Assembly: GCA_036149055.1 (NCBI GenBank)
Contig: JAYZQJ010000069.1
Location: forward strand, 96,001 to 160,000
Source of the DNA: Myxococcota bacterium
GTDB lineage: Bacteria > Myxococcota_A > Polyangia > Polyangiales > Sandaracinaceae
Reading direction: 5' to 3'
DNA: 64,000 bases
Shown here: positions 11,601 to 22,218 of the stretch, piece after piece
How positions within the stretch are numbered: position 1 is the first letter of the stretch
Layout of the letters: each line of letters opens with the position of its first letter
The notes under the pieces: model-generated
Database searches by the model: none
What the model saw: only the letters and a program-made list of their open reading frames with translations
Told to the model about the DNA's origin: nothing
Made by a program: the position numbers and the translations under genes

Positions 11601-13289
11601 GTGAAGCGCCCGAAGCGACGACTCGGTTTCGCCCCGCTCGGCGTGGCGGCCCTGGTGCTGCTCACCGGCTCGGGCGGGTCCTGCTCGGAGGAGCAGCGCG
11701 AGCCCACCACGCCGGCCCCTCCCCCGCTCGCCGAGGCGGAGCTCCCGCCGGCCGACGTGCGTCTGCTCGTGATCACCGATCTCGACGGCTACCTCGAGCC
11801 CTGCGGCTGCACCAGCCGGCCGCTCGGGGGGATCGATCGCATGAGCGCGCGGGTCCGCAGCCTCTCCGGCGAGGGCCCGCCGAGCGCGCTGGTCGCCGCC
11901 GGGAACCTCTACTTCCACGGCGCCCCGCACGGAGCCGACGCCGAGCGAGCCGCCGTTCAGGAGCGGATGCGGGCCGAGACCCTCAACACGATCCTGGAGC
12001 GGGTGGACCTGACCGCGGCCGCGCCGGGCCCGCTCGACTTCGGCTACGGGACCGACACGTTCCGCGCGCTCGCGGGCGAGGCGGGCTTCCCGTTGCTCGC
12101 GGCCGGCGTGACCCTGGCGACGCCGGCGGCGGAAGGTGAGGAGGACGCGGCGCCGAGCCCGGTGCTCACCGCGACCACGCTGCGCCGGATCGGATCGCGC
12201 CAGGTCGGCTTCGTCGGGCTGAGTCAGCTCGAGTCGGCCGACGGGAGCCTGCCCGACGCGGTCCAGATCGACGCGGCGCTCCGGGAGGCGGGGCGCGCGG
12301 CGGTGGCCGAGCTCCGGGAGCGGGGCGCCGAGCTCGTGGTCGCGCTCGTGACCGCCGATCGACGCGGGGCGCGCCAGGTCGCCACCGGGGTGGACGGGGT
12401 CGACGTGGTGGTGCACGGCGGGGTCGACGAGGCGAGCGTCTCGCCGCCCAGCACGCCCGGCGGGGCCATCCTGGTGAACGCGGGCCGGCAGGGGCAGGGG
12501 CTGGTGGTGCTCGATCTGCGGCTCGGCGAGGGCGACGGCTGGACCGACGCGAGCGTGTGGACCCGCCGGGAGCGGCGCGATCACCTGCAGGGGCGGATCG
12601 AGTCGCTCGAGGCGCGCATCGCCGAGTGGGAGGGCGACGACGACGTCGCCGAGGCCGACGTGGCGAGGCAGCGGCGGCGCCTCGAGGAGATGCGGGCCGA
12701 GCTGCGGAGCCTGAGCGCGGCGCCGACCGCCGAGGGCAAGGTCTTCACCGCGCGCTACGAGGAGCTGCCGCCCGAGGCCGCGCGCGACCCCGCCATCACC
12801 CGGATCATGGGTGAGCACGACCGGCGGGTGAACGATCGGAACCGCGAGCTGTTCGCCGACTGGACCCCGGAGCCCGCGCCCGAGGGCGAGCCGCACTACC
12901 TCGGCTCGCAGGCCTGCGCGTCCTGTCATGGCGCCGCGGTGCGCTGGTGGCGCGGCCACGCGCACGGCCGGGCGTACGCCACCCTCGAGGACCGCCACAA
13001 GAACTTCAACCTCAGCTGCGTCGGCTGCCACGTCACCGGCTACCTCCGCCCGGGCGGATCGACGGTGACCCACGTCGACCGCCTCCAGGACGTGGGCTGC
13101 GAGGTCTGCCACGGCCCCGGAAGCCAGCACGTCCAGAACCCCACCGGCGCGACCGTGAACGTCGCCCGCGAAGTCCCCGAGAGCCTCTGCGTCCGCTGCC
13201 ACAACGAAGAGCACAGCGACCAGTTCGTCTACGAGTCCTACCGCCAGTCCCTCCTGGTCCCCGGCCACGGACGCCCGTCCGGAGGCTAG
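11601..13289 (+). CDS. Exported protein: degenerate UshA/5'-nucleotidase-like domain, coiled coil and tetraheme cytochrome c (c554-like)
   Basis: Signal/lipobox-like LVLLTGSGGSC; TDLDGYLEPCGC...LGGIDR; four CxxCH motifs (CASCH, CVGCH, CEVCH, CVRCH). Start GTG 11601 assumed. Confidence 0.85.
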   Translation: MKRPKRRLGFAPLGVAALVLLTGSGGSCSEEQREPTTPAPPPLAEAELPPADVRLLVITDLDGYLEPCGCTSRPLGGIDRMSARVRSLSGEGPPSALVAAGNLYFHGAPHGADAERAAVQERMRAETLNTILERVDLTAAAPGPLDFGYGTDTFRALAGEAGFPLLAAGVTLATPAAEGEEDAAPSPVLTATTLRRIGSRQVGFVGLSQLESADGSLPDAVQIDAALREAGRAAVAELRERGAELVVALVTADRRGARQVATGVDGVDVVVHGGVDEASVSPPSTPGGAILVNAGRQGQGLVVLDLRLGEGDGWTDASVWTRRERRDHLQGRIESLEARIAEWEGDDDVAEADVARQRRRLEEMRAELRSLSAAPTAEGKVFTARYEELPPEAARDPAITRIMGEHDRRVNDRNRELFADWTPEPAPEGEPHYLGSQACASCHGAAVRWWRGHAHGRAYATLEDRHKNFNLSCVGCHVTGYLRPGGSTVTHVDRLQDVGCEVCHGPGSQHVQNPTGATVNVAREVPESLCVRCHNEEHSDQFVYESYRQSLLVPGHGRPSGG

Positions 13290-13295
13290 GGGATA

Positions 13296-13393
13296 GGGGA
13301 CGGAGTGAACTTGTTAACCTACGTAGGCAGCAAGCCTACACCAGGCGGTGTCGAGCGAAGACCTACCTAAGTACACTAGTGAACTCCGTCCCC
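13296..13393. repeat. ~98-bp REPIN/MITE-like inverted-repeat element
   Basis: Perfect terminal IR GGGGACGGAGT (13296-13306) / ACTCCGTCCCC (13383-13393), extending imperfectly to about 26 bp; internal GTAGGC-AGCAA-GCCTAC hairpin; visibly AT-richer than its flanks. Confidence 0.6.
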
Positions 13394-13396
13394 GGG

Positions 13397-13762
13397 TCAC
13401 TCTTCGAGGACCTCGACGCGGACGTCGACGACGCCTTCGCGGATCATGTCGAGGCGCTCGGCGGCGGCGCGGCTGAGGTCGATGATGCGGCGGCGGTCGC
13501 CGAAGGGGCCGCGGTCGTTGACCCTCACGACGACGCTGGCGCCGGTGTCGACCCGGGTGACGCGGACGCGGGTGTCGAAGGGGAGGTCCCGGCTCGCCGC
13601 GGTCAGGCGCTCGGGGTCGTAGGGCTCGCCGCTCGCGGTGGAGCGACCGGCCAGTCGGTCCGAGTAGTAGCTCGCCCGCCCCGCGCGGCTCTCGAGCGCG
13701 GAGGCGCCGCAGGCGCTGGCGGTGACCACGGAGGCGAGCAGCACGGCGGAGATCCGGGGCAT
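13397..13762 (-). CDS. rlpA: RlpA-family lipoprotein (DPBB domain only)
   Basis: GRASYY...TASGEPYD, LTAASRDLPF, VVRVNDRGPF, RIIDLSRAAA; lipobox ASAC. Confidence 0.92.
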   Translation of the reverse strand: MPRISAVLLASVVTASACGASALESRAGRASYYSDRLAGRSTASGEPYDPERLTAASRDLPFDTRVRVTRVDTGASVVVRVNDRGPFGDRRRIIDLSRAAAERLDMIREGVVDVRVEVLEE

Positions 13763-13785
13763 CTCGCCCAGGATATCAGCGCAGC

Positions 13786-14700
13786 CTATCTGCGAAAGCG
13801 CTGCTCGGGGCCCGACGGCGTGTAGACCTGGATCGCCCTGAGCGGCGCGCCCCCGTCGCCCTCCAGCGAGTGCAGCACGCCGGGCGGCACGTAGAGCGCG
13901 GCCCCCGGGCGGACCCGGATCAGGCGCTCGCCGACCCGCATGACCCCGGAGCCGCTCTCGATGAGCAGGATCTCGGCGCTCTCCGGGTGACGGTGCGACG
14001 GCACCGCGACGTCGGCGTCGCCCTCCAGCACGCTCAGCCCTCCGTGCCGCGCCCCCGCGCCCTCCTCGTCCAGCAGGATGCGCACCCGCAGCTTGCCGCC
14101 CAGCGCGGGCAACGGCGGGGTCGTGCGCACCGAGGTCGCCCGCAGGGGACGGACCCGAGCCTCGCGCGCGTCTTCGTGCCCACAGCCGGTCGGCCCCGGG
14201 TCCGAGAGGCTCGGCTCCCCGCGCCCCGCCGCGCGCACGTAGGCGACCACGGTCCGGGCCGGGTGCTCGGAGAGGTTCTGCACGAGCCCGTCGCCCTCGA
14301 CGCCGAAGCGGACCGCGTCGCCCGCGTACAGGGTGGCCGGCGCCTCGGGCGGCGCGATCCCGGTCCCCACCCCGCGCAGCTCGCCGCTCCGCACCAGCAG
14401 GAGCACGTCCTGGCAGGCCCCGGCCGGCGGACGGAAGCTCCCTCCGGGCCGCAGGGTCAGGCTCGCCAGCCGCGCGCGCGCCTCGACGGGACGCGGCTCG
14501 AAGTCCAGCGGGGTGATGACCTGCGGCTCGAGGTGGGTCCCGCCGACCACGCCGCGGATCGCCGGCGCGACCTCCTCCATCGCGCCGGCCTCGTCGATCG
14601 CGGCCGGCGCGTCCCCGCCCGTCACCGCGCTCGGCGCGGCCTGCGGCTCCCGACGCTCGTCGACCGGGGCGCCGCAGGCGACGGCGAGCCCCGCCAACAC
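13786..14700 (-). CDS. Cupin-domain lipoprotein (bicupin-like); start uncertain
   Basis: LAGLAVAC lipobox; C-terminal cupin VPSHRHPESAEIL...YVPPGVLHS; 3' part of track ORF 13786..15618. Confidence 0.75.
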   Translation of the reverse strand: MLAGLAVACGAPVDERREPQAAPSAVTGGDAPAAIDEAGAMEEVAPAIRGVVGGTHLEPQVITPLDFEPRPVEARARLASLTLRPGGSFRPPAGACQDVLLLVRSGELRGVGTGIAPPEAPATLYAGDAVRFGVEGDGLVQNLSEHPARTVVAYVRAAGRGEPSLSDPGPTGCGHEDAREARVRPLRATSVRTTPPLPALGGKLRVRILLDEEGAGARHGGLSVLEGDADVAVPSHRHPESAEILLIESGSGVMRVGERLIRVRPGAALYVPPGVLHSLEGDGGAPLRAIQVYTPSGPEQRFRR

Positions 14701-14705
14701 GACGC

Positions 14706-15754
<1,049 letters not shown>

Positions 15755-15758
<4 letters not shown>

Positions 15759-16087
15759 ATCGAGAGCTTTCCGGCGCGATTGCGCATCTGGATGCCGTGC
15801 ACGAGCGACGCGCCGCCTCGGAGGGCGGCCGCGACGTGCACCGCCTCGGTCATCTGGTCCATGTCGGCCCCCTTGCGGAGGCAGTCCTTACTGTAGCTGT
15901 CGATGCAGTAGGGGCACTGGATGGCGTGGGCGACCGCGAGCGCGATCAGGGACTTCTCGCGGGCGGTCAGGGCGCCGTCGGCGAACACCGCGCCGTACCA
16001 CTCGAAGAATTTCTCGGCCAGCTCGGGCGCGTTCTCACCGATCTCACCGAACTTCGCGAGGTCTTCGTGATCGTAGTAGTGGCTCAT
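15755..16087 (-). CDS. AhpD/CMD-family peroxidase-like protein associated with arsS
   Basis: YYDHEDLAKFGEI, GALTAREKSLIALAVAHAIQCPYCID, RGGASLVHG; overlaps the arsS start. Confidence 0.88.
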
Positions 16088-16203
16088 CGGGCTCTCCTCG
16101 GGTCTGGCGCCTACGCGACGCGGGGCGGGCAAGTTACAACGGAGGCCCCCGAGATTCGCCGGTTTTTCGGTCGCCCGAGAGGCTTCGGTTAGGTTCGAGG
16201 CCC

Positions 16204-17724
16204 ATGGCGGCCGAAGCCCTCGCAGACGACACCCTGGCCACCGGCGCGCTCCACCTCCGGCGCTGCCGCACCTGCGGCGAGGAGTTCCCGAGCGACTACC
16301 GCGTCTGCCCGCGGGACGGCACCCCGCTCGGGGTCGACGCCAGCCGCGAGGACCCGATGATGGGCATCGTGCTGGCGGGCACCTACCGGGTCGTCCGCAA
16401 CCTGGGTCGCGGCGGCATGGGGCGCCTCTACGAAGCGCAGCACACCCGGCTCGACCGACACTTCGCGATCAAGGTCCTGCACGAGGCCCAGTCCCGCTCC
16501 CGCGACGCGGTCCGCCGCTTCGACCGCGAGGCGCGGGTGCTCAGCCGCATCCGCTCCGACCACGTCCTCGACGTGATCGACGTCCTGCGCACCCCCGACG
16601 ATCGGGCGGCCATCGTGACCGCCCGGCTCGAAGGCGAGGATCTGAAGGCGCGGCTCGATCGGGTCGGCAAGCTGCCCGCGGCGGAGGCGGTCCCGATCGC
16701 GCGGCAGATCTGTCGGGGGCTCGCGGCGGCGCACGCCGAGGGGATCATTCACCGCGACCTCAAGCCCTCGAACCTCTTCCTCGAGACCGGCGCGGACGGA
16801 CGCGTCGTGGTGAAGGTGCTCGACTTCGGCGTCGCCAAGCTGAACGGCGAGGAGGAGCTGACCCGGACGGGCGCGGTGGTCGGGACACCCGCCTACATGG
16901 CCCCGGAGCAGGCCCGCGGGAGCGCGAAGGTCGACACGCGCGCGGACATCTACGCGGTGGGCGCCGTCCTCTACCGGATGCTCACCGGGCGAGCGCCCTA
17001 CTCCGGCGACGAGCCCGCGGCCCTGCTCGCCAGCCTGCTCCACGAGGTGCCGAAGCGGCCGCGCGCGCTCGAGCCGTCGATCCCGATCGGCCTCGAGGCG
17101 CTCGTGCAGCGCACCATGGCCCGCAACCCGAGCGATCGCCCCGGCGACGCGCTCGAGCTCGAGCGGGAGCTCGCCCTCTTCGACCCCGGGGGCGAGTCGG
17201 TGGCGCCGTCGACGTGGGAGCCCTCGATGGGCGGCGGCGAGGTCTCGACCCTGATCCTCCCGCGGGGCAGCGTCGATCGCGCCCGCGCGCTCGCCAAGCA
17301 GGCGGCCCGCGCGCGCCCGTTCGCGGTCCTGCTCGGCGCGGCGTCGGCGCTCTGGGCGGCATGCGTGGCCGGCCTGTTCGTCACCGGGCTGCAGACCCTC
17401 GGGGGCGCCGCCCGCACGCCGGTGGAGGTGAGCGCCGCCTGGCTGCTCGCCGCCGCGGCCGCGATCGGCGCCCTGAGCGCGCTCACCCGCTGGCTGTCCC
17501 GTCACTGGTCGAGCGCGCCCGAGGTCCTGCGCGTGAACCGCGTGCTCTCGCGCGCGGTCTTCGCCTCGACGATCGTCTACGGCGGCTGGGAGCTGGCGGT
17601 CCGCGGCCTCGAGGCCCTCACCGCCGAGAGCGCCGCGCTGCACGGCTGGGCCCTGCTCTCGCGCGCCGCCCTGCTCGCCCTGGTCGCCGGTCTGGCCGGC
17701 TGGTCGGCTCAGCGCAGGCGGTAG
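16204..17724 (+). CDS. Membrane-anchored Ser/Thr protein kinase with Zn-ribbon
   Basis: CRTC...CPRDG, GRGGMGRLY, HRDLKPSN, DFG, GTPAYMAPE; about 4 hydrophobic C-terminal segments. Confidence 0.94.
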   Translation: MAAEALADDTLATGALHLRRCRTCGEEFPSDYRVCPRDGTPLGVDASREDPMMGIVLAGTYRVVRNLGRGGMGRLYEAQHTRLDRHFAIKVLHEAQSRSRDAVRRFDREARVLSRIRSDHVLDVIDVLRTPDDRAAIVTARLEGEDLKARLDRVGKLPAAEAVPIARQICRGLAAAHAEGIIHRDLKPSNLFLETGADGRVVVKVLDFGVAKLNGEEELTRTGAVVGTPAYMAPEQARGSAKVDTRADIYAVGAVLYRMLTGRAPYSGDEPAALLASLLHEVPKRPRALEPSIPIGLEALVQRTMARNPSDRPGDALELERELALFDPGGESVAPSTWEPSMGGGEVSTLILPRGSVDRARALAKQAARARPFAVLLGAASALWAACVAGLFVTGLQTLGGAARTPVEVSAAWLLAAAAAIGALSALTRWLSRHWSSAPEVLRVNRVLSRAVFASTIVYGGWELAVRGLEALTAESAALHGWALLSRAALLALVAGLAGWSAQRRR

Positions 17725-18983
17725 AGGCGGGTCCCGGAGCCGTCGGGCAGCGCGACCACGCACGGCACGATCATCAGCGCCCCCTCCGCGTGCACGAGGC
17801 GGCCGCCGAGCCAGCGCGGCTGCGCGGCGGTCAGCTGATGCAGGACCGCGACCCCGCCCGCGTCGTCGGCCCGCGCGAAGGCGAGCGCGGTGCCGTCGTC
17901 GTCGAACGCGACCGGCTCGCCGTTGGTCGCCCAGCGCTTCGGGGCCACGATCGCGAACGGCTCCGACTGTCCCGGGTGGCCGCCGATCTGCTCGCGGTAG
18001 CGGTCCGCCAGCGCGCCGAAGCGTCGGTAGGCGTTGCTCGACACGCGCGTCAGGTCGTCGTGCGACGGCCCGAGGCTGACCGCGTACTGCATGAGGCGGA
18101 TCCGGCGCGGCGAGGCGCCGTCCTCCACCTCGGCGAGCCCGACCTGGATGACCCGCGGGCACGGGCCGACCGAGGCCACCGGGCTCGAGCGCGAGCGCTC
18201 CTCGCGGAAGACCTCGCCGTTGCGGAGATCGACCAGGTAGCGCCGCTCGATCCCGCCGCGCTCGCTGCTCGGGAGCCACTCTCGGGCCACCTCGACGAGC
18301 ACGCGATCGGAGAGGCGCTCGACCGCGCCGAGCTCCCCGCTCGCGCCCATCCAGCCGACCACGCGGCGGCGCGCGCTGCGCGACGGGCGCTCCTTGCGGA
18401 GATCCTTGGCGAGCTGGCTCGCGCCCATGAGGAGCAGCGCCACCTGGGCCACGTCCTTCGCCGCCAGCCCGCTCTCGAGCCGCTTGAGCCAGCGCGCGAG
18501 CCCGGTGGGCGTGGGGAGCGGCGCCTCCTTGCGCAGCCGCTCCAGGCTCTCGGCCACCGACGGCGCGTTCCGCTCGCCCGCGCCCGCGCGCACCACGGTG
18601 GTCACCACGTCGTCGAGGGCGTCGGCCAGCCGGCCCCGGGCGGAGGGCGTCGGCGCCTCCTCGGCGGGCGGCGCGGGCGGCGGCGTGCTCGGGCGCGGGG
18701 CCAGGTCGGTCTCGGTGACGCGCATCCCGGTCTGTGACGCGCGCACGTCCTCCGCCGGCGGCGCGCTCTGGGCCAGCCACCGCAGCGCCTCGCGCACGTG
18801 GGGACCGTCGGCGGCGCCGCTGCTCGTCCAGGACAGCTCGCCGTCGCGGAGGGCCAGGGTGACCATCTCCGTGACTCCGTCCAGCTGGACGTCGACCGTC
18901 AGCCGGGTCACCTCCCCGGCGCCCCGCCCTCCCCCGACGCGCTCGAGCGCGCGCCGCGCGGCCTCGCGGATCGCCTCGCTCAC
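17709..18983 (-). CDS. Hypothetical protein, possibly a degenerate SWIM-family protein
   Basis: GTGA coupling to the upstream gene; GC3-rich codon use; LSWTSSGAADGPHVREAL resembles a Cys-less SWIM end; family call tentative. Confidence 0.65.
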   Translation of the reverse strand: MSEAIREAARRALERVGGGRGAGEVTRLTVDVQLDGVTEMVTLALRDGELSWTSSGAADGPHVREALRWLAQSAPPAEDVRASQTGMRVTETDLAPRPSTPPPAPPAEEAPTPSARGRLADALDDVVTTVVRAGAGERNAPSVAESLERLRKEAPLPTPTGLARWLKRLESGLAAKDVAQVALLLMGASQLAKDLRKERPSRSARRRVVGWMGASGELGAVERLSDRVLVEVAREWLPSSERGGIERRYLVDLRNGEVFREERSRSSPVASVGPCPRVIQVGLAEVEDGASPRRIRLMQYAVSLGPSHDDLTRVSSNAYRRFGALADRYREQIGGHPGQSEPFAIVAPKRWATNGEPVAFDDDGTALAFARADDAGGVAVLHQLTAAQPRWLGGRLVHAEGALMIVPCVVALPDGSGTRLYRLR

Positions 18984-20746
18984 GCCGCGCTCCGCTGGCG
19001 AAGGTGCTCCTGGCGACGCGACAGCTCGAAGCGCAGCTCGCTCGGCACGCGCCGCAGGTCGAGCGCGAGCATCTCCTCGATGAGCCCGCGCGCGATGTCG
19101 ACGCGGCCGCTGCGCTCGACCTCCTCGGCCCGGCGGAGGAAGACACGGGCGAGCGCGCGCATCGCGAAGTGGTTGCCCTCGACCCACGGGCGGTCGGCCT
19201 CGAGGGCGCGCCGGAACGCGGCGAGCGCCTGAGGCGGCCGCTCCTTCCGGGCGTGATGTAGCGCGAGCGCGGCCAGCGGCGCGGCCCAGCCGGGGCGACG
19301 CGCGGCGGCGCGCTCGAAGCGGGAGATCGCCCGGCGCCCGGCGCCGAGGGCCAGCCAGAGGTGGCCCATCACGAAGTCGAACCAGCTCGAGAAGCGCACC
19401 ACCGCCGGATCACGCGCCCGCTCGGCCATGCCGCTCCGCGAGGCGGTCGCCAGGTCGACGCTCTCGGTGTGCTCGGGCGGCTCCTCGCCGCGCAGCTCCA
19501 TGAGCGCGCGGATGGCGGCCTCCGCGTCCTCCGCGTCGGCGAAGAGCGCGCTCAGGCCGCTCTCCCGCCGCAGCTCCGCCAGCGGCAGCAGGCCGCGCGC
19601 GTCCCCGGTCTTGCCGAGGGCGCGGATCACGTGGGTGAGCAGCACCGGGTCGCTCTTCTCGAGCAGGGGCACGAGCCGCTCGGCGTCCTCGGCGTTGGCG
19701 AGGCTCTCCATCGCCTCGACCGCGGCCCCGAGCACCCGCTCGTCGTCGCTCCCGAGCAGCTTGCGCACGTAGTCCCGCCCCCGGACGTCCGCGGCGATGC
19801 CGAGCGCGCCGGCCAGGATCGCCCGCTCGCTGTCGACCACGCTCCGCTCGTAGGCCGCGGCGAGCGCGGGGTGGGCGCGCGGATCCTCGATGCGCGCGAG
19901 CGCCCGCGCCGCCTCCGGCACGAAGTCGGCGTTGCGCGAGGACAAGAGCCCGACCAGCGCCGGGGTCAGCCGCGGATCCCCCGAGTAGCGGAGCGAGGAG
20001 AGCATGGCGAGGCGGTTGCTCTTGCCGCTCACCCCGTCGCTCCCGTCGAGCACCGAGGCGAGGTGATCGAGCACCACGTCGGGCGCGTCGCGGAGGCGCA
20101 CCATGAGCTGGGCGCGGTGATCGGGCGGCATCGCGCCCACCGGCTCGATCGCGAGCTGGCCGGACCAGAAGTCCTCGATGGCGACCCGGAGCTTGTCGAG
20201 GACCTCGGCGAACTCCTCGCTCTCCTGCCGCGCCGCCCGCCCGCGGGCCCCCGGGAGCGCCTCGCGCGCGTGCGCCACCTCGAAGGCGATCTCGACGTCC
20301 CGGACGTTGAGCAGGGTCGTGGTGACGCCGCGAACGTCCTCGTTGCTCAGCTCGCCCTCCTCGACCAGGGCGCCGAGCCGGAGCGCCGCCGCCCGCCGCT
20401 GCACGAGGCCGCCGGCGCGCAGGACCGCGAGCAGGGTCTGCACGTCGTCGAGCTCCGCCACACCGAGCTGCTCCGCCCCGTGCTCGCTCGAGACGGTCAG
20501 GCGGCCCAGGAACGAGGCGTCGGCGGAGCTCACCACGGGGGGGGCCTCCGGGGCCCGCGGATCCTTCTCCGCCCCGCAGCTCACGTGGCCGAGCGCCTCC
20601 TCGCCGACCGCCGTCACCAGCGCCCGGGCGAGCTCACCGTCATCGTCGGACGAGACGCCGAGCGTCTGCCGCAGCTCTCCGTCGTCCGTCCCGGCGCCCT
20701 CGCGGAGCCGTCGCTCGAGGCGCTTGACCCCCAGCTTCGCGGTCAC
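18980..20746 (-). CDS. HEAT-repeat protein with C-terminal TPR-like region
   Basis: GTGA coupling; HEAT units (PALVGLL..AARALARI, LVPLLEKSDPVLLTHVIRALGKTGD); TPR-like AISRFERAAARRP, ALAAFRRALEAD. Confidence 0.8.
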   Translation of the reverse strand: MTAKLGVKRLERRLREGAGTDDGELRQTLGVSSDDDGELARALVTAVGEEALGHVSCGAEKDPRAPEAPPVVSSADASFLGRLTVSSEHGAEQLGVAELDDVQTLLAVLRAGGLVQRRAAALRLGALVEEGELSNEDVRGVTTTLLNVRDVEIAFEVAHAREALPGARGRAARQESEEFAEVLDKLRVAIEDFWSGQLAIEPVGAMPPDHRAQLMVRLRDAPDVVLDHLASVLDGSDGVSGKSNRLAMLSSLRYSGDPRLTPALVGLLSSRNADFVPEAARALARIEDPRAHPALAAAYERSVVDSERAILAGALGIAADVRGRDYVRKLLGSDDERVLGAAVEAMESLANAEDAERLVPLLEKSDPVLLTHVIRALGKTGDARGLLPLAELRRESGLSALFADAEDAEAAIRALMELRGEEPPEHTESVDLATASRSGMAERARDPAVVRFSSWFDFVMGHLWLALGAGRRAISRFERAAARRPGWAAPLAALALHHARKERPPQALAAFRRALEADRPWVEGNHFAMRALARVFLRRAEEVERSGRVDIARGLIEEMLALDLRRVPSELRFELSRRQEHLRQRSAA

Positions 20747-22218
20747 GTCTCGGGCTCCACGGTGACCCGGAACACCCCCACCCCGGTCGCCGCGTGGAGC
20801 ACGGTGCGGTCGCCGTCGCGCGCGAGGCTCAGGTCGACGATCCGGTGCGCCCCGTCGAGCCCCAGGCGCTCCGCCTCCTCGGCCACGTCCAGCACCAGGC
20901 CCGCCTCTCCGCCGCCGGGGCGGTGGCGCACGATCACGCCGCGGTCTCCGTCGAGGTGCGCCGCGTAGAGCGACAGCCCGCCGCGCTCCTTGACCAGCGC
21001 GATCGGGCCCGCCGGGGGCAGCCCGGGCACCCGCGCCCACGTCTTGCCCGCGTCCGACGAGAGGAAGGGCCCCGCGACGTCGGCCGCGCAGGCCACCGCC
21101 ACGTAGCCGTCTCCGTAGGCCAGGCTCATCTCGCCCTCCGCCGGCAGGCCGGGGCCGTCGACCGCGGACCAGCGCCCGCCTCCGTCCTCGGTCCACGCGA
21201 GCTGCGGCGGCGCGTCCCGGCCCGCGCAGAGCACCATCACGCCCCCGGTCGGCGGGGTCACGATCGCCACCACCCGCTTGAGGAGCAGCGGGCCCTTCCA
21301 GGTCCGGCCGAAGTCGTCGCTCGCGTGGAGCGCGCCGCCGCCGGTGCGGCCCCAGAGCCGCGTGGTGCCCGCCTCCCGCCGGAGGTGGAAGCTCTGCGCG
21401 GCGTCCTTGCCGAAGCTCGTGACCGGCGCGAACGACGCGCCCGCGTCGTCGGACCGCAGGACCTCTCCGGCGGCGGTGCTGACCACCAGCGCGTCTCCGT
21501 CGCCGGCGACCGCCACCACCTCCGCCGCCTCCAGGCCGCCGCTCCCGAGGCGCTCACAGCCCTCGCCGCGCACGACCCACACCGACGCGGCGCCGCCCAC
21601 GTACGGCGGCCGCACCGCCGCGGCGCCCTCGCGCGGCCCGAGGTGGGTCACGGCGACGCCCTCGAGGGGCGCCGGGAGCGAGCGGTCCGGCGCCTCGTCG
21701 ACGTCGGTGATCATGGCCGCGACGTCGAGCAGGAGATCGTCCCCGGCGTCGTCCTCGTCGCCCTCGTCGGCGTCGAGCGGCGGGAGGTGGGACACATCGT
21801 CGGCGCCGCGACCGCCGAGATCGATCGCGTCGTCGAGGCCGACCTCGCCGCCGTCATCGCCTCCGAGCGGGCTGAGCGTGGGCAGGTCCATCTCGGCCGG
21901 ATCCCAGCCCTCGTCGGCCTGCGAGGCGCCGTCGTCGGTCCAGCCGTACTCGGCGCCCTCGTCGAGGCCCTCCACCGGGATGGCGTCGACGTCCTCCTCG
22001 TCGATCGCCGTCTCCTCGGGCGGCAGCTCGAGAGCGTAGAGCGGCGCGTCGTCCTCGAGGCCGGTGTCGTCGTCGAGGCCGACGGACTCCGCCGCCTCGG
22101 CGTCGTCGGGCAGGAGCGCGTCGAGGCCGAGCTCGCCCGCGTCGGGCAGCGCGTCGTCGTCGTCGTCCGCCAGCGGAGGGAGCGGCGGGAGGAGATCGTC
22201 GTCTTCTTCGGGCTTCAC
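20743..22218 (-). CDS. Protein with very acidic disordered N-terminus and BNR/Asp-box beta-propeller
   Basis: About 170-aa D/E-rich N-terminus; Asp-boxes RSDDAGASF, ASDDFGRTW, TEDGGGRW, SSDAGKTW; GTGA coupling to udg. Confidence 0.8.
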   Translation of the reverse strand: MKPEEDDDLLPPLPPLADDDDDALPDAGELGLDALLPDDAEAAESVGLDDDTGLEDDAPLYALELPPEETAIDEEDVDAIPVEGLDEGAEYGWTDDGASQADEGWDPAEMDLPTLSPLGGDDGGEVGLDDAIDLGGRGADDVSHLPPLDADEGDEDDAGDDLLLDVAAMITDVDEAPDRSLPAPLEGVAVTHLGPREGAAAVRPPYVGGAASVWVVRGEGCERLGSGGLEAAEVVAVAGDGDALVVSTAAGEVLRSDDAGASFAPVTSFGKDAAQSFHLRREAGTTRLWGRTGGGALHASDDFGRTWKGPLLLKRVVAIVTPPTGGVMVLCAGRDAPPQLAWTEDGGGRWSAVDGPGLPAEGEMSLAYGDGYVAVACAADVAGPFLSSDAGKTWARVPGLPPAGPIALVKERGGLSLYAAHLDGDRGVIVRHRPGGGEAGLVLDVAEEAERLGLDGAHRIVDLSLARDGDRTVLHAATGVGVFRVTVEPET

